Counted from the stretch's first letter, positions 49,843 to 60,902 are shown. The stretch: 64,000 nt of DNA from Vulcanimicrobiota bacterium (GCA_963805945.1 CAWDVP010000002.1:653027-717026); one strand, 5' to 3'. Notes: a model not told the origin generated them from the sequence alone. Program-made: numbers and translations.

Positions 49843-50782
49843 CTACACGCAGTACAACACCAATACCGCTGCCGTCATGGACGCGCACGTCGCGGCGTAC
49901 ATGGCATGGTACGAAGCGGCCGTCATGCTGTACTTCGTCGCGGCCATCATCTTCGCCGTCTACTGGTTCATCCGCAACTGGAGCGTGCTCGGCGCGGGGG
50001 TGGTCGTCGCGTCCATCGGCATCATCGCGCAGATCGTGAGCCTCGGCCTGCGCTGGGGCTATAGCCAGCACGTGCCGTGGAACGATCTCTACGGCTCGCT
50101 GTCGGTGGTGTCGCTGTTCACCGCGGTCATCTTCTTGATCTACGGCTTCCGCTATCAGATCTGGTTCGCGGCGCCGTTCGCCTTCCTCGTGTCCGACGGG
50201 CTGCTCGCGTACGCCAAGGGCTGGAACAAAGGGCTCGAGCCGCTCGTGCCGTCGCTGCAGAGCAGCTGGATCTACATCCACGTGCCGGTCGTGCTCGCGT
50301 CGTACGCGGCATTCCTCATCGGCGCGGTGCTCAGCGTCATCTATCTATTGAAGAAGAACGACGAGGACCGCACTTTGCGCATGGCAGGCCAGTCGGTCGG
50401 CGCGGCCGTCTCGGCGCAGACCGCCGAGCTGGGCGCGCCAAGGCCGCTGTGGCTGCGCTGGCTCGACAGCGTGCCCGCATCGACGAGGCTCGACGTCGCA
50501 GCGTATCGCGTGAATTCGGTCGGCGAGATCCTGCTCACCGCCGGCATCATCCTCGGCGCGCTATGGGCGCACGTCGCCTGGGGCAGTTACTGGCAGTGGG
50601 ATCCCAAGGAGACCGCCGCGCTCACCAACTGGATCGTGTACGCGGCGTACGTGCATCTGCACACGCGGCCGTCGATGCGCGGCACGGTGGCGGCCTGGGT
50701 GTCGATCGCGGGCTTCCTCACCGTGCTGTTCAGCTACTTCGCGGTCAACATCGTCATCAGCGGGTTGCACTCGTACAAATAA
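49835..50782 (+). CDS. ccsA: Cytochrome c biogenesis CcsA/ResC
   Basis: LVPSLQSSWIYIHV, GALWAHVAWGSYWQWDPKE, GLHSY. Confidence 0.95.
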   Translation: MPNYTQYNTNTAAVMDAHVAAYMAWYEAAVMLYFVAAIIFAVYWFIRNWSVLGAGVVVASIGIIAQIVSLGLRWGYSQHVPWNDLYGSLSVVSLFTAVIFLIYGFRYQIWFAAPFAFLVSDGLLAYAKGWNKGLEPLVPSLQSSWIYIHVPVVLASYAAFLIGAVLSVIYLLKKNDEDRTLRMAGQSVGAAVSAQTAELGAPRPLWLRWLDSVPASTRLDVAAYRVNSVGEILLTAGIILGALWAHVAWGSYWQWDPKETAALTNWIVYAAYVHLHTRPSMRGTVAAWVSIAGFLTVLFSYFAVNIVISGLHSYK

Positions 50783-50797
50783 GCGGCGCCGCCCTAC

Positions 50798-51113
50798 TCA
50801 CAGCAAGCGCAGTTCCGCCAATAGCCGGGCCACCTTCGCCACGCTTTGGGTACTTGGCGCGGCGCTGATATTTCTGCTTTGATTGCATAGCTTGTGAGCT
50901 AACCGCAGGTCGCTCAGCTCTCCCCTTCGACCGCCTCTTGAGATGGGTACTATGTGATCCACGGTTGGCGCGCAAGGATGATTTTGCACTCTGCCGCCCT
51001 TGGAGGGTTGATACTGAGCGTCGAAATAGATCGGCAGACGGCAGATCTCGACAGTCTCGCCCATCGCGCTCGACCAAAGTCCGGATCACCGAGTGCAGTG
51101 TGACTTTGCTCAT
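50798..51113 (-). CDS. Small HNH endonuclease, frameshift near 51048
   Basis: MSKVTL...ERDGRDC / ICRLPI...TVDHIVPISRGG...LRLAHKLCN. Confidence 0.75.
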
Positions 51114-51138
51114 GGGAAAGAAGAATGCAGCAAAACGC

Positions 51139-51492
51139 CTAGCGGCGTCGCGGGCCCGGCCTCGCAGAACCGCCGATCGCCCTCGCCGCGAAGTCCGGTG
51201 CCCACGCGATGATCCGCAGGAGAACGCGCGCAGGCTGATCCGGCTTCGCTCGGCCTTGTTCCCACTGCTGCACGGTTCTTTCACTTAGACAGAAGCGCTT
51301 TGCAAATTCGCTTTGCGACAAGCCAAGCGAGCGGCGAATCGCCTTGACGTTCGGCGTCCTCGAGCCGAGCGGCCTACGGAACTTGAGATCTTCCCAACGG
51401 ATTCCGAGGGCCTTAAGTTCTCGCTCCGCGTTCCTGTCGATCGCGTCCTGATCAGCGGCGCGGATCTTCACCCAATCAATCTTGCCCGTCAT
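51139..51492 (-). CDS. XRE-HTH antitoxin
   Basis: VKAIRRSLGLSQSEFA...TVQQWEQGR..PDQPARVLL; overlaps toxin gene. Confidence 0.85.
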   Translation of the reverse strand: MTGKIDWVKIRAADQDAIDRNAERELKALGIRWEDLKFRRPLGSRTPNVKAIRRSLGLSQSEFAKRFCLSERTVQQWEQGRAKPDQPARVLLRIIAWAPDFAARAIGGSARPGPRRR

Positions 51493-51826
51493 CTCTGTAT
51501 CCCATTTGTCGAGCGAATTCGTCGATATCAATTCGGCTGGACGGCCAGGCTGTGACGATGCGTGTGCGGCCACCGCGAGTCGTATAGACGGCCGTGATGA
51601 AGAGATGGTGCGCTCGCCCGATCACTATCATTCGCTCCTCGGTCTCAGCGCGATCGTCGATCCGCGCATGGATGTACGCCTGGCGCTCGAACATCTCTGC
51701 GACGATGTGGAAATCGAAACCATGTCTCGCGTAGATTTCCTCGCTCTTCTCCACGTTCCATTCAAAATGTTCGCTGACGTAGTCTGGCACAGTGCGACCA
51801 TCCAAAGACTCGCTATACGTTTTCAA
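51476..51826 (-). CDS. brnT: BrnT (DUF497) family toxin
   Basis: FEWNVEK...HGFDF...EERMIVIG...VYTTRG..TRIVTA. Confidence 0.85.
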   Translation of the reverse strand: MKTYSESLDGRTVPDYVSEHFEWNVEKSEEIYARHGFDFHIVAEMFERQAYIHARIDDRAETEERMIVIGRAHHLFITAVYTTRGGRTRIVTAWPSSRIDIDEFARQMGYRDDGQD

Positions 51827-51891
51827 CGTACTACGTCAAAAGCGTATGGTTGCGCGCCCGATTGATAGAAGCCGACCAGCTTCATAGCTGC

Positions 51892-51905
51892 CGAACGCAT
51901 GTTCT
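51892..51905. promoter_or_regulatory. Candidate LexA SOS box upstream of brnT operon
   Basis: CGAACGCATGTTCT. Confidence 0.45.
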
Positions 51906-51959
51906 ATGTCACGCGTCGGACCATATGGGTCAAGTGCTGTGGATTTGGGATCGCGGGGG

Positions 51960-52892
51960 CTAGGCGGTGCGGCCCACCGCCACGGGTTGGCGAGGCTCGT
52001 TGACCCGTAAGGTCAGACATTTCGCGCCGCCGCCTGCTTTGAGGAACTCGGTGAGTTCCGTCTCGATTAGCGTGTAGCCGAACGCCGCGAGGCGTGCGCG
52101 CAAGCCCGCACTTGCTTTGTTCATGACGATCGTGCTGCCGACGCTGACCGCGTTGCAGGCGAAGTACAGCGCGTCTTCTTCGGTGACGGCGATGAGCGAC
52201 TGCGCGCCTGCGTGCCGCTCGATGATCCTGTTGGATTCCTCATCGAATGCCGCCGGATAGTAGAGGATCGGGCCGCCCTCGAGCGGGCAGAAGCACGTGT
52301 CGAGATGGTAGAAGCGCGAGTCGACGAGGCGCAGCGAGATGACCTCCACGCCGAGCCATTTGGCCAGCAGCTCGTGCGAGGCGCGCGCGGAGCGGTGCCC
52401 CCACGCGGCCCAGATCCTCGTGCGGGCGCGATCGACGAGCGCGTCGCCCGCTCCCTCGAACGGCATGTCCGGCGGCATGGTGAGCACCGAGAAGCGCCGC
52501 GAGCGGAACCAGCTTTCGAAGTGCTGCTCTTCGCCTTGTCGTTCGTGATGGCGGAAGCGGCTGACGACTGCGACGTCGTCCAAGACGAAGCCGGCGTTCG
52601 CCGTGAACACCATGTCGGGCAGGCCGGCATGGGGCTCCACCAGCTCGATCCGTGCGCGCCGCGCCAGCACGCGTAGCAGATCGCGCCACTGAGCGGTAGC
52701 GCGATCGAGCGAAGTGTTGGCGATGTTCCCTTGCATCCAAGGGTTGATGACGTAGGTGACGCCGAAGTGCGTCGGCTCGCACATGAGGAGGTAGCGCGGT
52801 TCGATCACGCCTGTGTCTATACGCACCGAGCGCCGCGCTTGCCTTACGACGAGTGAACCGAAGCGGGCACGTTCTCTTGGCCACCCGGCCAT
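51960..52892 (-). CDS. Amidinotransferase / dimethylarginine dimethylaminohydrolase family (true start probably near 52808)
   Basis: LMCEPTHF..YVINPWM, PDMVFTAN, FEGAGD, FYHLDTCF, GGGAKCL. Confidence 0.9.
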   Translation of the reverse strand: MAGWPRERARFGSLVVRQARRSVRIDTGVIEPRYLLMCEPTHFGVTYVINPWMQGNIANTSLDRATAQWRDLLRVLARRARIELVEPHAGLPDMVFTANAGFVLDDVAVVSRFRHHERQGEEQHFESWFRSRRFSVLTMPPDMPFEGAGDALVDRARTRIWAAWGHRSARASHELLAKWLGVEVISLRLVDSRFYHLDTCFCPLEGGPILYYPAAFDEESNRIIERHAGAQSLIAVTEEDALYFACNAVSVGSTIVMNKASAGLRARLAAFGYTLIETELTEFLKAGGGAKCLTLRVNEPRQPVAVGRTA

Positions 52893-52919
52893 ACGCGAGT
52901 GCTCAAGCCCGCCGGGCGG

Positions 52920-53627
52920 TCAATCGAGTAATCTCTGACAGACCTCTTTCAAAGGCGCAGCAGCGCCCGTCGCGATCGGCGTGCCGTGTCCGACGATCAG
53001 GCGATCCGGCGCCCACTCGAGGATCTGTTGCGCCGCCTTGCGCAGCGACTGCCGAACGGTGAACCCGAACCACCGGAGATAGGGAAGCTGCGTGAGCCGG
53101 CCCTCGACCCCGCCAAGACCGTACATCAGTCGCGTGAAGCTCGGAGCGTCGGGACCTGCCGAGAGATTCGTGAACAGGTCGGCGACGATGAGCGTCTTGC
53201 TTGCAGCGTGGAAGAAGATGCTCTCATCGAACGTCAGCAAGCCAGGCACTGCAAAGGTGTATAGTTCGTCCAGCCACGGCGGTCGGGCGGTTTCGTCAAG
53301 GACGTTATCGATGATCTCCGGGCCGAATTGGCGGCGCAACGCCGGCGGCCCCCAGATGGCGGCATCAGGGTACGTCTGCCGGCATTCGCGGAGATAGAGG
53401 TCGTGGAACCAATTCGGCGCGACGATGTACGCGACGCTTCCGAGCTGCGCGATCTCATCGACAAGCGCGCTGGCCGGCGCACACGGAGAATGCAGCAACA
53501 GGCGGCCATCTGCAAGCCGAACCACCGTCATGACGTGGGGAATGGACATACCCGCAAAGCGAATGGGCGTCGCTGCCGTCCACAGCGAGTCGGCGAACGA
53601 CGTGAGCTGCCAGCTACCGAACCCCAC
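52920..53627 (-). CDS. DUF4336 family (metallo-beta-lactamase-like) protein
   Basis: MTVVRLADGRLLLHSP, IVAPNWFH, FFHAASKTLIVAD, IVGHG. Confidence 0.85.
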   Translation of the reverse strand: MGFGSWQLTSFADSLWTAATPIRFAGMSIPHVMTVVRLADGRLLLHSPCAPASALVDEIAQLGSVAYIVAPNWFHDLYLRECRQTYPDAAIWGPPALRRQFGPEIIDNVLDETARPPWLDELYTFAVPGLLTFDESIFFHAASKTLIVADLFTNLSAGPDAPSFTRLMYGLGGVEGRLTQLPYLRWFGFTVRQSLRKAAQQILEWAPDRLIVGHGTPIATGAAAPLKEVCQRLLD

Positions 53628-53749
53628 TGATCTCTTGCTTCCGATCTAAGAACTAGGCGCCTGCGAGGCATCGTTCTTGTCGCCGCGCTAAACGTGCGGG
53701 CCTCCGAGCGTGATGGCGCGGCGCTGGGAGGAGGCAAGTAGACGCGCTT

Positions 53750-53945
53750 GTGGTCACGAAGATACGACAGGTTCTTGTACGGCTCCGCTACGAGGGGTGG
53801 ACGCTTACTCGGGTGAGGGGAAGCCATCATATCTTCCACCACCCAAACAAACCGGGAACGGTCACGATAGCCTACCACAGGGAAAGCGAAGAGATCCCGG
53901 TGGGGACGTTAAGAGGCATTCATGAAGCAAGCAGGTTGGCGATGA
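53750..53945 (+). CDS. hicA: HicA toxin (appears fused to HicB through a probable 1-nt insertion near 53919)
   Basis: GWTLTRVRGSHHIFHHP..GTVTI..H..EIPVGTL. Confidence 0.85.
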
Positions 53946-54151
53946 AGTATATTGCGGTCATCGAGCGCGGTGAAACGGGATGGGGCGCATATGTGCCGGA
54001 CCTTCCGGGGTGCGTCGCAGTCGGTCCCACGCGGGGCTTCGTGGAAGAGGAGATCCGCGCGGCTATCTTATCGCATATAGAAGCCATGCGCGAACACGGC
54101 GAGGCCGTGCCGGAGCCGGTGTCAGTCGCCCTTACGATCGAGAGCGCATAA
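53942..54151 (+). CDS. hicB: HicB antitoxin (short form)
   Basis: MKYIAVIE..GWGAYVPDLPGCVAVG...GEAVPEP. Confidence 0.9.
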   Translation: MKYIAVIERGETGWGAYVPDLPGCVAVGPTRGFVEEEIRAAILSHIEAMREHGEAVPEPVSVALTIESA

Positions 54152-54189
54152 CTTCGTTCTTAAATTCAGGGGGCGTAGTCGGGTTATTT

Positions 54190-54615
54190 ATGGTCTTTCA
54201 CGGAATCGAAGGCGCCTTCGTCAAGCAACTGTTGCAACGGTTTCCTGATTGGACTTCGCACACGGAGCTCTGCGAGCATGGCGTTCCGCTTATCGACGTG
54301 CCCCCACCTCACGGTGGCCGGTTCAATCTGATGATCGAAACCGATGAAGACGAGGCGACCCTGAACCTTGGCATGTGGCATGAGCACCACGGTCTGGATG
54401 AAGCGGAAATGGTCGCGCAGCGGGTTGACGACCTCTTGAGCGAACGCGTGGTGATCGCGGTGAGCACCAAGGATGGAGCCTGGACGGGTTCAAGGGCGCT
54501 GCCGAGCGATGATCTACAGTCGATATCGCCCGACGAGAACAGCGACACTGTCGCACTTCACTCATGGCGCGGATCTTTCGACCGTGAAATCAGGCGGCCG
54601 GCCGCGTCGTCCTAG
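54190..54615 (+). CDS. Hypothetical protein
   Basis: Acidic globular ORF, WHEH motif, atypical codon usage. Confidence 0.6.
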   Translation: MVFHGIEGAFVKQLLQRFPDWTSHTELCEHGVPLIDVPPPHGGRFNLMIETDEDEATLNLGMWHEHHGLDEAEMVAQRVDDLLSERVVIAVSTKDGAWTGSRALPSDDLQSISPDENSDTVALHSWRGSFDREIRRPAASS

Positions 54616-54623
54616 GTCGTGCT

Positions 54624-56276
54624 CTAGCGGTTCGTCACCAGCCACATGTTGGGATGCCGCTCGAGCACCCGCACGTGGATGCCGCGTTGGCGCAGATCGC
54701 CGTACTCGTACGGCACGATGAGCGCGTAGATGTGTGCGCTGCCTTGGAGCAGCTTGCCCGCGTTGGCGTCCACGTCTTCGGTCTTGAGGAAGTGCAGCGG
54801 GCCGGCGTTGGTATAGAACAACAGCGAAAAGCCGCCGTGCACGCCGGTGATCGCGAGCTCATCGCCCGGCTGCAGCAGCGATTGGATGTGCAGCGCCATC
54901 GCCTTCATCGGCTTGCGCGCTTCCAAGCCCGGTAGGATAGACAGCACGAGCGCGCCGACGACCCCGGCCATCATCACCGCGAGTCCCGCCGGCGCAATCC
55001 ATGCGCGGCGCAACAGCAGCGCGAGCACGACCGCGAGAATCGCTGTCGGCACGACGACCCAGCCGAGCAGCGTCAGCGGCGCCACGAGATCGCCGGTCGG
55101 GCCGAGGCGCTGCGTTTGCACGTAGAGCGCGATCGCGACCGTCAAGAGCACCAACGCCAACGGCAACATGAGGAGCGCACCGCGCAGCGTCTTCAAGTCA
55201 TTGCGTTCCACCGCACCGCCCACGAGCGCGCCGACGAGCACCGCGAGCGGCGGGAAGATGATAGCGAGATAGTTCGGCAGCTTCGTCTGGGCGATGGAGA
55301 AGAACACGAACGGCACCGCGGCCGCGCACAGCAAGAAGATCTCATCTGAACTGCGCGAGCGCCACGCCTCCTTGATCGCCTTGGGCAAGAACGCGATGTA
55401 CGGGAAGAAGCCGAGCAGCAAGATCGGGAGGTAGTACCAGAACGGTCCCGGCTGGTTTTCGAACGGTGTGACGTAGCGCCCGAAGGTCGAGCGCCCTATG
55501 TACTCCGCGAGGAATGGGAAGCCGTGCACCACTGTCTGCTGCGCGAACCATGCGCCCGCGATCACGAGGTACAAGCATAGGCCGGCGAGCCACGGCAGTC
55601 GCCTTGCGTCTGGAGCGGTCGACTTTAGTCGACCGTCCGCCTCGGCCGAGTTCGCTAGTGAGTAGCGGCGCAGAAAATACCAGGCGGCTAGCGACAGCAC
55701 CGGCAAGACGACCGCGACCGGACCTTTGACCATCGTGCCGAGCGCCGCCGCGACCGCCGCGATCCAGAACGCGCGCCGGTCGCCGTCGCGCATGGCGAAG
55801 AAGCCCCACAAGGTCGCGACCGCCATGAAGAAGATGAGCATCGTGTCGAGGATGGCCAGGCGCGCGAGCACGATGTACTCGAGACTCGTGCCGATCGCCA
55901 GCCCCGCGATGATGCCGGCCGTCTCGCCATACAGCCGCCGCGCAGCGAAGTACGTCGCCACCGCCCCGAGCACCCCGAAGAGCGCGCTCGGGAAACGCAC
56001 CGAGAACTCGTTGAGGCCGAAGACGAGCGACGCCGCGCCGGCCGTCCAGAACCACAGCGGCGGGTGGACGAACCACGGCTGGTAATTGTATGACAGCGAC
56101 AGCCAGTCGCCCGAATGGAGCATCTCCTTGACGATCTCGGCGTAGGTCGGCTCGGAGTTATCCCATAGGCTGCCGTTGCCCAGCCCCAGGAAGTACAACG
56201 CCGCGACAAGGACCAGCGCGCCGATGCGCACTGCCCATACCGCCGGTCCGTCAGTCGTGCGGATCGCTGTCGTCAT
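54624..56276 (-). CDS. ArnT/GT-C (PMT_2) membrane glycosyltransferase
   Basis: SEPTYAEIVKEM..GDW, HPPLWFW, VRFPSA, KGPVA, PFWYY, TKLPNY. Confidence 0.9.
   Translation of the reverse strand: MTTAIRTTDGPAVWAVRIGALVLVAALYFLGLGNGSLWDNSEPTYAEIVKEMLHSGDWLSLSYNYQPWFVHPPLWFWTAGAASLVFGLNEFSVRFPSALFGVLGAVATYFAARRLYGETAGIIAGLAIGTSLEYIVLARLAILDTMLIFFMAVATLWGFFAMRDGDRRAFWIAAVAAALGTMVKGPVAVVLPVLSLAAWYFLRRYSLANSAEADGRLKSTAPDARRLPWLAGLCLYLVIAGAWFAQQTVVHGFPFLAEYIGRSTFGRYVTPFENQPGPFWYYLPILLLGFFPYIAFLPKAIKEAWRSRSSDEIFLLCAAAVPFVFFSIAQTKLPNYLAIIFPPLAVLVGALVGGAVERNDLKTLRGALLMLPLALVLLTVAIALYVQTQRLGPTGDLVAPLTLLGWVVVPTAILAVVLALLLRRAWIAPAGLAVMMAGVVGALVLSILPGLEARKPMKAMALHIQSLLQPGDELAITGVHGGFSLLFYTNAGPLHFLKTEDVDANAGKLLQGSAHIYALIVPYEYGDLRQRGIHVRVLERHPNMWLVTNR
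55611..55639. repeat. Palindromic element copy 3 (in-frame within the ArnT-like gene)
   Basis: tggagcggtcgactttagtcgaccgtccg, translated DGRLKSTAP. Confidence 0.85.
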
Positions 56277-56359
56277 GCGAAGATGAAGGTGCGGCGCGCG
56301 AACCCGCTTTCCCCTGCTAAAGGTCGCCCCTCTACATCCCGCCGAAACCGCACTCATAC

Positions 56360-57313
56360 ATGCCGATCGCCACGACCGTTCGTGTCGCCACGCGTGCGAG
56401 CGCATTGGCGCTCGCGCAGACGCAGCTCGTCATCGATCGCCTCAACGGCGACGGCGGCGAGACACACTTCGAAATCGTCGAGATCAAGACGCGCGGCGAC
56501 GCCGAACAGACCAAATCGCTCACGAGCTTCAACGGCGAGGGCATCTTCACCAAGGAGCTCGAGGCCGCGCTGCTCTCGCACCGCGCCGATATCGCCGTGC
56601 ACTCGATGAAGGACCTCCCCACCGAGCTGCCGGCCGGGGTGCGAGCAGGCGTCGTGCTCTCAAGAGAAGACGCGCGCGACGTGCTGCTGTCGCGCGACAA
56701 CGAGCACAAGAGCATCTTCGCGCTGCCGAATCGAGCGGTCGTCGGCACGAGTTCGCTACGGCGCGCCGCGCAACTTCGCGCCATCAAGCCGATGCTCGAG
56801 ATAAAGGATCTGCGCGGCAACATCGACACGCGCATGCGCAAGCTCATCGCGGGCGAGTACGACGCGATCGTGCTCGCGCTCGCGGGCGTGCAACGACTCG
56901 GCATCCCGCCCGAGCTCGGGTCAGGTTCGCCGATCCCCGTCGACGAGATGGTTCCCGCAGTGGGCCAAGGCGCGCTGTTCGTGCAGTATCGCGAAGTGGA
57001 CGAAGGCATACGCGAGCTGCTCGCGCCGCTCGAAGAGCCCTTAAGCGCGATGGCGGTCTCCATGGAGCGCGCCTTTCTCAAACAGATGGGCGGGGGCTGC
57101 GCCGTGCCGCTGGGGGCCAACGCGATCGTCATGGGCGACCGCTGGCTGTTCCACGCGTTCGTCGGTAGCGTCGACGGCAAGCACTCGCTGAACCGCGACG
57201 CCGAAGGCATCGCCCGCGATGAAGCCGATTGTGTGCTCGCCGTCGAAGACATGGCGGACGAGATGATGGAATCCGGCGCGCGCTGGATCCTGGCGCAGTA
57301 TAAGAAAGAGTAG
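56360..57313 (+). CDS. hemC: Hydroxymethylbilane synthase
   Basis: TRASALALAQ, AVHSMKD, GTSSLRR, RGNIDTR, GGGCAVP. Confidence 0.96.
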   Translation: MPIATTVRVATRASALALAQTQLVIDRLNGDGGETHFEIVEIKTRGDAEQTKSLTSFNGEGIFTKELEAALLSHRADIAVHSMKDLPTELPAGVRAGVVLSREDARDVLLSRDNEHKSIFALPNRAVVGTSSLRRAAQLRAIKPMLEIKDLRGNIDTRMRKLIAGEYDAIVLALAGVQRLGIPPELGSGSPIPVDEMVPAVGQGALFVQYREVDEGIRELLAPLEEPLSAMAVSMERAFLKQMGGGCAVPLGANAIVMGDRWLFHAFVGSVDGKHSLNRDAEGIARDEADCVLAVEDMADEMMESGARWILAQYKKE

Positions 57314-57321
57314 GACGTAAG

Positions 57322-58353
57322 ATGCGCGGCGACGTCACACCGAAGGTCTCCACGGCGGAAGGCGCCGGGCTCGTCGAGCGCCCGCGACGTCTCAGGCGCA
57401 GCGCCACGCTAAGAGGCATGGTCGCAGAGAACGCGGTGACAGCCGCCGATCTCGTCGAGCCGTTCTTCGTCGTCCCCGGCGCGGGCGTGCGCAAAGCGAT
57501 CGACGCGATGCCCGGCTGTTTCCAACAATCGGTCGACGTGCTCTTCGAAGACGTCAAGAAAGCCGCCGCGGTCGGCATCCCCGCCGTCATCCTCTTCGGC
57601 CTGCCCGAGAAGAAGGACGACGCGGCGTCAGAACTCGCCAACCCGGAAGGTCCGGTGCAGCGCGCCATCAGAGCCATCAAACGCGAGCTGCCCGACATGC
57701 TGGTCATCGCGGACCTGTGCGCGTGCGAGTACACCTCGCACGGTCACTGCGGCCTGCTCGGCGCCGACAACACGATCGACAACGACGCCACGCTCAAGCT
57801 GCTCGCCGCCGGTGCGCTCTCGTACGCCAAGGCGGGCGTCGACATCGTCGCGCCATCGGACATGATGGACGGTCGCGTCGCCGCCATCCGGCGCGAGCTC
57901 GATGCGCACGGCTTCATCGACACCGCCATCCTCTCGTACGCGGTGAAGTACGCGTCCGCGTTCTACGGGCCGTTCCGCGAGGCCGTCGGCTCCGCGCCGG
58001 CGTTCGGCGATCGCCGCACCCACCAGATGGACCCGCCCAACGCGCGCGAAGCGGTCAAAGAAGCGCTGCTCGACGTCGCCGAGGGCGCCGACGCGGTCAT
58101 GGTCAAGCCGGCGCTCTCCTATCTCGACGTCGTGTTACGCGTGCGCGCCGCGGTGAACGTGCCGGTCGCGGTGTACAGCACGAGCGGCGAATACGCGATG
58201 ATCAAGGCGGCCGCCGCCAAAGGTTGGATCGACGAGGAGCGCGCGGTGGACGAGATCATGGTCTCGTGCAAACGCGCGGGCGCGGATTTCATCGTCACAT
58301 ATTTCGCGCGCAGCGTCGCCACCAGGCTGGCCGCACGGGCCGGCCGGACCTAA
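57322..58353 (+). CDS. hemB: Porphobilinogen synthase (Zn-type)
   Basis: RPRRLR, CACEYTSHGHC, APSDMMDGR, SAFYGPFR, MVKP. Confidence 0.97.
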   Translation: MRGDVTPKVSTAEGAGLVERPRRLRRSATLRGMVAENAVTAADLVEPFFVVPGAGVRKAIDAMPGCFQQSVDVLFEDVKKAAAVGIPAVILFGLPEKKDDAASELANPEGPVQRAIRAIKRELPDMLVIADLCACEYTSHGHCGLLGADNTIDNDATLKLLAAGALSYAKAGVDIVAPSDMMDGRVAAIRRELDAHGFIDTAILSYAVKYASAFYGPFREAVGSAPAFGDRRTHQMDPPNAREAVKEALLDVAEGADAVMVKPALSYLDVVLRVRAAVNVPVAVYSTSGEYAMIKAAAAKGWIDEERAVDEIMVSCKRAGADFIVTYFARSVATRLAARAGRT

Positions 58354-58969
58354 TGGATGAGTCTCGCGTCACCATCGCGCTGCTCGCCGGCGGCCCCGCG
58401 ACGCGCTTGCCCGGCAAGCTCGCGCTCGATGTCGAGGGCGAGCCGATGCTAGCCCGTGCGCACCGCCGCCTCACCGCAAAGGGCTGGCCCTGCGTCATCG
58501 GGCTGCGCAAACCGGTGACCGATCACGCAGTGCCCGCCGGATGCACCGTTGCGATCGACGAGATGCCGGGGAGCGGCCCGCTCGGCGCGCTGTGCACCGT
58601 CGCGCGCAAGATACGCACGCCGCTGTTCTTCGCCGCCGCCGGCGATCTGCCGAATCTATCGACAGCATTCGTTGAGAAACTGCTCGCCGCGTACGACGCG
58701 GTCGGCGATCGCAAACCGGCGGCCGTGCTGCCGACGTGGCCCGACGGCAAAGTCGAACCGCTCGCCGCGCTGTATGACACGAAGGCATTCCTGCGCGGCG
58801 CAGAAGCGGCGCTCGCCGCTGGCCGGCGCAAAGTGACCGCCGCGCTCGACGGCGCGGACGTGCTGGCATACAAGGTCCAGGCAGACGACGAGCCGACGCT
58901 CCTGAACATCAACACGCCCGAAGACTATGCGGCCCTGGAGCGGTCGAATTTATTCGACCGACCGTTGGC

Positions 58970-58973
<4 letters not shown>
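58353..58973 (+). CDS. mobA: Molybdenum cofactor guanylyltransferase-like (MobA)
   Basis: LLAGG..TR...K, GPLG, AGDLP, EPLAALY, NINTPED. Confidence 0.85.
58936..58964. repeat. Palindromic element copy 4 (encodes the MobA C-terminal tail)
   Basis: tggagcggtcgaatttattcgaccgaccg, translated LERSNLFDRP. Confidence 0.85.
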
Positions 58974-60256
<1,283 letters not shown>

Positions 60257-60266
60257 GTCCAAGTAC

Positions 60267-60902
60267 ATGCCGCGGCCGAAGCAGAAGGACTCGCTCGTCA
60301 TCAGCCTGCCGCGGCTGTTCTTGTATCATCGCGGCCTCGAGGACGCGCTGCGCGAGGGCAAGTCGGTGGTCACCTCAGAGGGTTTGGCGAAGCGTGTCGG
60401 CCGCGGCGTGTCCTCCGCGCAGATCCGCAAAGACCTCTCGTATCTGGGCACGTTCGGGCGGCGCGGCCAGGGCTACGACGTCGTCATGCTCGTGCGCAAG
60501 CTCGCGCGCGTGCTCGGCCTAGACCGCGATTGGCGCATCGCCATTCTCGGCTTCGGGTACCTAGGCCACGCGCTCGCGACGTTCATGGAATACCGCGAAG
60601 AGAAGTTCCACATCGCCGCTATCTTCGACGTCGCCAAGGAGCTCGTCGGCACGCGCTGGCACGGCGTGCGGATCAGTCATGTCGACGATATGGAGAAGGT
60701 GCTGCCGTTCCTCGACTGCGGCATCGCGATCCTCACCGTGCCGGCGCCCGCCGCGCAAGCGGTCGCGCAGCGGCTGGTGAAGTGCGGGCTGGGGGCGATC
60801 CTCAACTTCGCGCCTGCGAGCCTCACCTTGCCGCCGCGCGTCGCGGTGCGTTCGATCGATCTCGCATCCGAGCTCTCGATCCTGACCCACTTCTTGTCGT
60901 GA
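60267..60902 (+). CDS. rex: Redox-sensing repressor Rex
   Basis: QIRKDLSYLGTFGRRGQGY, GFGYLG, ILNFAP. Confidence 0.95.
   Translation: MPRPKQKDSLVISLPRLFLYHRGLEDALREGKSVVTSEGLAKRVGRGVSSAQIRKDLSYLGTFGRRGQGYDVVMLVRKLARVLGLDRDWRIAILGFGYLGHALATFMEYREEKFHIAAIFDVAKELVGTRWHGVRISHVDDMEKVLPFLDCGIAILTVPAPAAQAVAQRLVKCGLGAILNFAPASLTLPPRVAVRSIDLASELSILTHFLS

Noticed and set aside
53750..54151. Natural HicA-HicB fusion protein (133 aa ORF)
   Set aside because: Removing one base near 53919 restores the typical HicA end GIMKQAGWR* with an ATGA overlap onto hicB; indel errors are common in this sequence
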